NCBI GenBank assembly: GCA_041576165.1
Contig: JBFGLM010000061.1
Span: 1-24,677, forward strand
Source of the DNA: Acidimicrobiia bacterium
Lineage (GTDB): Bacteria; Actinomycetota; Acidimicrobiia; Spongiisociales; Spongiisociaceae
Length of the DNA: 24,677 nt
Direction: 5' to 3'
Every line of letters starts with the position of its first letter. Within the stretch, counting starts at the first letter, position 1. This document shows positions 19,375 through 24,677 of the stretch, one piece after another. A program made the translations under genes and the position numbers. A model generated the notes under the pieces. The model made no database searches and was not told where the DNA came from. It saw only the letters and a list, made by a program, of their open reading frames with translations.

Positions 19375-19388
19375 GATCCTCCGTAGAT

Positions 19389-20882
19389 TCACTCCACCCA
19401 GTCGAGGGTGCGCGCAACCGCCTTCGACCACTGCCGCATCAGCGCCGCCCGATCCTGGTCGGACATCTGCGGTGTCCATCGTTTGTCTTCCTGCCAGTTG
19501 GCCGCCAGGTCGTCGAGGCTGGACCAGTAGCCCTCCGCCAACCCCGCCGCATAGGCGGCACCCAGCGCAGTGGTCTCGTTCACCACTGGGCGGACGACCG
19601 GCACTCCGAGCACGTCGGCCTGGAACTGCATCAGGAGTTCGTTGACCACCATGCCTCCGTCAACCTTCAGCGAAGACAGCTCGACCCCCGAATCCGAACG
19701 CATCGCGTCAAGCACTTCCCGCGTCTGAAACGCAGTCGCTTCCAGTGCGGCCCGTGCCAGGTGCCCCTTCGTGACGAAGCGGGTCAGTCCCGCAACCAGT
19801 CCCCGGGCATCCGGCCGCCAGTGGGGAGCGAACAAGCCCGAGAAGGCGGGCACGAAATAGACCCCGCCATTGTCGGTCACGCTCGACGCCAGTGCTTCGA
19901 CCTCGGATGAATCCTCGATCAGCTCCAGGTTGTCGCGCAGCCACTGGACCAGCGCGCCGGCGATCGCGATCGACCCTTCGAGCGCATAGATGGGTGGTTC
20001 GCCCTCTCGCTGATATCCGACGGTGGTCAGCAGCCCGCTGGTCGATGGGACTTTCTCGGTCCCGGTGTTCATCAGCATGAAACAGCCGGTGCCGTAGGTG
20101 TTTTTGGCATCGCCGGCCGTGAAGGCCGCCTGCCCGAACAGCGCGGCTTGCTGATCCCCCAGTATCCCGCTGATCGGCACGCCGTCGAGTGGTCCAGTGG
20201 CCGGCGCAATCCGCCCTATCGAAGGCACAATCTCAGGCAGCATTGAGGACGCCAGCCCAAGGCTGGCGACCAGGCCGGGGTCCCACGCCAGCGCATCGAG
20301 ATCCATCATCAAGGTCCGGGAGGCGTTGGTTACATCGGTTACGTGACGGCCGCCGTCTGGGCCGCCCGTCAGGTTCCACACCACCCACGAATCGATCGTT
20401 CCGAACAGGAGTTCACCCTGCTCGGCTCGCTCCGCCAGGCCGGGGACGTTCTCGAGCAGCCAGGTGACCTTGGGCCCGGCGAAATAGGTCGCCAGGGGAA
20501 GCCCGGTGAGGTCGCGGAACCGGTCGGGGCCGTGGTCGCCGCCGAGGCGGCTGACGATCTCGTCGGTTCGGGTGTCCTGCCAGACGATCGCATTGGCGGC
20601 CGGTGCGCCGCTGCGATCCCATACGACCGCAGTCTCGCGCTGATTTGTGATGCCGACTGCAGCCAGATCCGACGCGGCGATACCTGCCTGCTCCAGCGCC
20701 GTGGCCGCGACCGACTGGGTCCTGGCCCAGATCTCGGCCGCGTCATGCTCCACCCAGCCCGGTTGGGGAAAGATCTGCTCGTGCTCTTCCTGGGCGTTGG
20801 CGACCACCTGGCCGCCGTGATCGAAGACCATGAACCGGGTGCTCGTTGTCCCCTGATCGATCGCTCCAACAAAGCTGCTCAT
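19389..20882 (-). CDS. glpK: Glycerol kinase, 497 aa
   Basis: [89 protein letters not shown]. Confidence 0.98.
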   Translation of the reverse strand: MSSFVGAIDQGTTSTRFMVFDHGGQVVANAQEEHEQIFPQPGWVEHDAAEIWARTQSVAATALEQAGIAASDLAAVGITNQRETAVVWDRSGAPAANAIVWQDTRTDEIVSRLGGDHGPDRFRDLTGLPLATYFAGPKVTWLLENVPGLAERAEQGELLFGTIDSWVVWNLTGGPDGGRHVTDVTNASRTLMMDLDALAWDPGLVASLGLASSMLPEIVPSIGRIAPATGPLDGVPISGILGDQQAALFGQAAFTAGDAKNTYGTGCFMLMNTGTEKVPSTSGLLTTVGYQREGEPPIYALEGSIAIAGALVQWLRDNLELIEDSSEVEALASSVTDNGGVYFVPAFSGLFAPHWRPDARGLVAGLTRFVTKGHLARAALEATAFQTREVLDAMRSDSGVELSSLKVDGGMVVNELLMQFQADVLGVPVVRPVVNETTALGAAYAAGLAEGYWSSLDDLAANWQEDKRWTPQMSDQDRAALMRQWSKAVARTLDWVE

Positions 20883-20970
20883 CCCGCCTCCTCACGACGC
20901 CTTGACAATGCCTGCTGCCTGCGGAAGGCGCCGGCCCCGCACCCTAGAGAGGGACCCGCCCCGATGCTCA

Positions 20971-21549
20971 TCACCAAGGTGGCTTGCGTTCGCCGGCCAA
21001 GAGGATGGCCGCCCCCGCGTCGGTCAGGAACCGCTCGAGCACGTCACCGGCGTCCTGAACGAGAAAATCGACTTCTTCCCGCTCAGCTTTGGAGAACCGG
21101 CGAAGCACGAACGCAGCCGGGTCCATATTGCCCGGCGGGCGGCCAACCCCCACTTTCAGCCGCCAGAAGTCGCGCGTTTGGAGCGCTCCGATGATGGACT
21201 TGACGCCGTTGTTGCCTCCGGGACCTCGCCCGAACTGCAGCCGGAGCCGGGCGAACGCCAGATCGATGTCGTCGTGGACCACGACCAGATCCTCGGGCGT
21301 CGCCCTGTAGTACTTCAAGACGGACGTGGTGGGAAGACCCGAGACGTTCATGTTGGCGCGCAGCAGCGCCAAGACCACCTGTTCTCCCAACCGGTTGCAC
21401 ACCGCGACCTGAGCTGGTACTCGCAGCGGTCCTCGACGGATCCTTTCTCCCCATCGAGCGGCAAGGGCTTCTACGACTTCGGCCCCGACGTTGTGGCGGG
21501 TGCCCAGGTACTCGGGTTCCGGATTCCGGAGCCCGATGATGACTTTCAC
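20971..21549 (-). CDS. pth: Peptidyl-tRNA hydrolase, 192 aa
   Basis: GLRNPEPEYLGTRHNVG, MNVSG, VVHDDIDL, GGNNGVKS, RLKVGVGRP, FVLRRFS. Directly downstream of rplY. Confidence 0.93.
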   Translation of the reverse strand: MKVIIGLRNPEPEYLGTRHNVGAEVVEALAARWGERIRRGPLRVPAQVAVCNRLGEQVVLALLRANMNVSGLPTTSVLKYYRATPEDLVVVHDDIDLAFARLRLQFGRGPGGNNGVKSIIGALQTRDFWRLKVGVGRPPGNMDPAAFVLRRFSKAEREEVDFLVQDAGDVLERFLTDAGAAILLAGERKPPW

Positions 21550-21555
21550 TGGCTG

Positions 21556-22239
21556 CTACTCGTCTCCAGCAGACCCGGCTTCGTCGGCGGCCTCGGCCGT
21601 GGCTTCTTCGCCCTCGGCTTCCACGCCTTCTTCGCCTTCCTCCAGCTCTTCACCCTCTTCGACCTCTTCTTCGGCCAGGACTGCGGCCGGGACGGTGACG
21701 GTGACGAGCGTGAGGTCCTCATCGTCCAGGTAGTCGACACCTTCGAGTTCGGGGAGGTCGGCCACCTTGAGTGTGTCACCAATACCCAGGCCGTCGATGT
21801 TCAGCTCGATGCTGTCGGGTATGGCAGTTGCTATGGCCGAGAGAAGCACCGAGTTGGTGACGGTTTCCACGATCCCGCCCTCTTCTCGCACACCGACGGG
21901 CTCACCAACGAACTCGATGTGAACCTGTGCTTCGACCCGGTCGGTCAACAAGATCTTGACGAAATCGAGGTGAATGATGTCACCCCGCACCGGGTGGCGC
22001 TGCACCTCGCGAGCGAGGGCAGTATGAGCCGCCCCGTTGACCTCGACGTTGAGGATCGCATTGAGCCCGGCGTCGGTGCTGAGCGCCTGGCGTAGCTCGC
22101 GCTCCTCGACGGCGACCGAGATTGGTTCAGAGTCCTTTCCGTACAGGACCGCCGGCACCATGCCATCGCGACGCAGCCGCCGGGATGCACGGCTACCGGT
22201 GGTGCGGCCGGGTTCGGCGCGCAACGTGGTCTCAGACAT
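21556..22239 (-). CDS. rplY: 50S ribosomal protein L25 / general stress protein Ctc, 227 aa
   Basis: GSRASRRLRRDGMVPAVLYG, REVQRHPVRGDIIHLDF, GEPVGVREEGG, acidic tail; AAGGAG SD. Confidence 0.96.
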   Translation of the reverse strand: MSETTLRAEPGRTTGSRASRRLRRDGMVPAVLYGKDSEPISVAVEERELRQALSTDAGLNAILNVEVNGAAHTALAREVQRHPVRGDIIHLDFVKILLTDRVEAQVHIEFVGEPVGVREEGGIVETVTNSVLLSAIATAIPDSIELNIDGLGIGDTLKVADLPELEGVDYLDDEDLTLVTVTVPAAVLAEEEVEEGEELEEGEEGVEAEGEEATAEAADEAGSAGDE

Positions 22240-22327
22240 GGCAATTCTCCTTGGGCAAATACGGGGTGGAGCGGTCCGCCATTATCCCGTGAAGTCGGCC
22301 GTGAAGCAAAGTCCCCGGACCCGGCGG

Positions 22328-23125
22328 CTACCGCTGACAGGAGGGGCAATACGAGATCGGGCGCCCGCCCATCTCTTCCGACACCACCGGCGTCGTGCAC
22401 CGCCGGCACGGCCGGCCCACCCTGCCGTACACGTACAGCCGTTCCGACCGGGACAGATCGCGGTCCCGAGACGCACCCAGCTCGGTTGGATCGACTGTCA
22501 CGATCCGGCCGCGCTGTTCGCCCCGGCGCAACTGATTCACCGTCACGTCCCACAGTGCCCTGACCTCGTCTCGGGACAGCGAGCGGGAAGCTCGGTGGGG
22601 CGCGATGCCCCGTAGGAACAACAGCTCTGCCCGGTATACGTTGCCGATCCCGGCGACCGCCTTTTGATCGAGCAGGGCGGCCCCGATCGGCGCCGATCGG
22701 CGGCCGAGGGCCCGGACGAACTCGGCCGGGTCGGCTCGCCGGTCCAGCGGGTCGGGACCGATCCGATCCCTGATGGACTGCTCTTCGGGGGCGCTGATCA
22801 GCTCGCACGCGGTTGGTCCGGCCAGATACAACGTGCCCGACTCCGCCTGCCAGGCGAGGCGGGTCCCGGGCGTGGGTGGAGGAGGGTCTGTCGTGAAGGT
22901 CTTGAACTTGCCGAACAGCCCGAGATGAACATGCAGCGTGAGACCGCCCTCCCAGCGGTAGAAGAGATGTTTCCCCAGCGCTTCCGTCGTCTCCAACCGG
23001 CGACCATCGAGCCGGGCCGCGCCCTCGGAGAACCTGCCCTGTGGAGATGACACAGCCACTGGGAGACCGGCGAAGTGGCGTCGGTGAAGCCGGGCATAGC
23101 GATGAATGGTGTGGCCTTCAGGCAT
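22328..23125 (-). CDS. Fpg/Nei-family DNA glycosylase (Nei/endonuclease VIII-like), 265 aa
   Basis: N-terminal PEGHT, GKHLF, HLGLFG, H2TH LLDQKAVAGIGNVYRAELLF, C-terminal zinc finger CRRC…CPSCQ. Confidence 0.93.
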   Translation of the reverse strand: MPEGHTIHRYARLHRRHFAGLPVAVSSPQGRFSEGAARLDGRRLETTEALGKHLFYRWEGGLTLHVHLGLFGKFKTFTTDPPPPTPGTRLAWQAESGTLYLAGPTACELISAPEEQSIRDRIGPDPLDRRADPAEFVRALGRRSAPIGAALLDQKAVAGIGNVYRAELLFLRGIAPHRASRSLSRDEVRALWDVTVNQLRRGEQRGRIVTVDPTELGASRDRDLSRSERLYVYGRVGRPCRRCTTPVVSEEMGGRPISYCPSCQR

Positions 23126-23186
23126 AGAGCTCAGACGGGGAGGGCGAACATCGATGCGATACGGAATGGCCGGTCGCTATGGATGA

Positions 23187-24677
23187 TCAGTGGTGATGAT
23201 GGCTGCGGTACCGCTCAATGAGGGCGTTCGTCGAGCTGTCGTGCTCCAGCGGCCGGCCGGGGTCGGCCAATTCCGAGATTATGGCCTGCGCAAGTGCTTT
23301 GCCCAGTTCGACCCCCCACTGATCGAACGAGTTTATGCCCCAGACAGTGCCCTGGGTGAACACCTTGTGCTCATACAGTGCGACCAACGCTCCGAGCACG
23401 GCAGGGGTGAGCCGCTCGGCCAGGATCACGTTGGTCGGTCGGTTGCCTGGGAACGTCCGGTGCGTGACCAGCGACTCATCGACGCCCGCCGCTCGCACCT
23501 CGGCAGCCGTCTTCCCGAAGGCCAGCGCTTCGGCCTGGGCCAGCAGGTTCGCCACCAGGAGCTCATGCTGGTCACCGATATCGTCGCTCGCCTCCAGGAA
23601 GCCGATCAGATCGGCCGGCACCACGGTCGTTCCCTGATGGAGCAGCTGGTAGAACGCGTGCTGGCCGTTGGTGCCCGGTTCCCCCCACACGATTGGCCCG
23701 GTGTCATAGCCGACCGTGGCGCCGTCGCGTGCGACCGATTTGCCGTTGGACTCCATGTCGAGCTGCTGGAGATAAGCCGGGAACCGGTCGAGATACTGGC
23801 TGTAGGGAAGGACTGCGTAGGTGGACATGCCCAGAAAGTTCCGATACCAGATCCCGAGAAGGCCCAGCAGCACGGGCAGGTTGTCGGAAAACGGGGTCGT
23901 GCGAAAATGCTCGTCCATGGCTCGGAAGCCGCCCAGCATCTCGGTGAAGTGCTCCGGGCCGATGGCGATCATCAGGCTGAGACCGATTGCGGAGTCGTAC
24001 GAATAGCGGCCCCCCACCCAATCCCAGAACTCGAACATGTTCTCCGGATCGATGCCGAAGGCACGGACCTCCACTGCGTTGGTCGATACCGCAACGAAAT
24101 GTTTGTCGACGGCGGCGTCCGCGCCGAGTTGGTCGAGCAGCCAGGACCGGGCGTTGGTCGCGTTACGTAATGTCTCGAGGGTGGTGAAGGTCTTGGAGGC
24201 CACGATGAACAGCGTGGTGGCGGCATCGATTCCATCCAGCGCTTGATGCAGATGGGTGGGGTCCACGTTCGAGACAAACCGCACGTCGAGCTGCTCGGCC
24301 ACGTAGGCGCCCAGTGCCCTGTAGGCCATGAGCGGGCCCAGGTCCGATCCGCCGATCCCGATATTGACGACCGTTTCCACCGGCTGGCCGGTGGTGCCCA
24401 ACCACTCGCCCGACCGCACGCGGTCCGCAAAGCGGGCCATTTGCCCCAGCACGCGGTGCACTTCCGGGACCACGTTCTCGCCGTCCACGACGATGCGGGA
24501 GCCAGTCGGGGCGCGCAGTGCAACGTGAAGCACCGCCCGATCCTCCGTTGTGTTGATGCGTTCGCCGGAGAACATCGACTCGATCCGGCTCTTCAGCCCG
24601 GCCGCGTCGGCGAGCTCTAACAACGCGGCCAAGATCTCGTCGCTGATGAGGTTCTTCGAGTAGTCGAGGAACAGCCC
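23187..24677 (-). CDS. pgi: Glucose-6-phosphate isomerase (5' end outside the window)
   Basis: Frame open to the window edge ([10 protein letters not shown]…), [65 protein letters not shown]. Confidence 0.99.
   Translation of the reverse strand, partial: GLFLDYSKNLISDEILAALLELADAAGLKSRIESMFSGERINTTEDRAVLHVALRAPTGSRIVVDGENVVPEVHRVLGQMARFADRVRSGEWLGTTGQPVETVVNIGIGGSDLGPLMAYRALGAYVAEQLDVRFVSNVDPTHLHQALDGIDAATTLFIVASKTFTTLETLRNATNARSWLLDQLGADAAVDKHFVAVSTNAVEVRAFGIDPENMFEFWDWVGGRYSYDSAIGLSLMIAIGPEHFTEMLGGFRAMDEHFRTTPFSDNLPVLLGLLGIWYRNFLGMSTYAVLPYSQYLDRFPAYLQQLDMESNGKSVARDGATVGYDTGPIVWGEPGTNGQHAFYQLLHQGTTVVPADLIGFLEASDDIGDQHELLVANLLAQAEALAFGKTAAEVRAAGVDESLVTHRTFPGNRPTNVILAERLTPAVLGALVALYEHKVFTQGTVWGINSFDQWGVELGKALAQAIISELADPGRPLEHDSSTNALIERYRSHHHH

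Noticed and set aside
19375-19388. Intrinsic terminator between the convergent DUF480 and glpK genes
   Set aside because: Only 14 bp, with no hairpin or U-tract.

Overview
High-GC bacterial chromosome segment, most likely Actinomycetota (possibly Acidimicrobiia; inferred from gene order and protein style only). The right ~18 kb is core genome, mostly on the minus strand: pgi (partial), nei-like glycosylase, rplY, pth, glpK, pgsA, an NAD-dependent epimerase, mfd, a parvulin PPIase lipoprotein, YabN-type mazG, eno, divIC/ftsB, DUF501, an unknown 8-Cys protein and tRNA-Leu(TAA). glpD and a DUF480 gene lie on the plus strand. The left ~6.8 kb, downstream of the tRNA 3' end, looks like a decayed accessory island. 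It carries att-arm-like repeats, a truncated and frameshifted IS481, a PadR regulator with a tandem operator-like repeat, its HAAS/permease-prefix membrane partner split by one in-frame TAG, and a CASTOR/POLLUX-like ion channel. Best leads: (i) a small protein with two identically spaced C-x2-C-x12-C-x4-C modules where ppx normally lies; (ii) pgsA and glpD diverging from a 67-bp spacer with mirror-image -10-like hexamers, a possible glycerol-3-phosphate partitioning switch; (iii) the island cargo. No CRISPR array, rRNA or clear large novel multi-gene system was seen.
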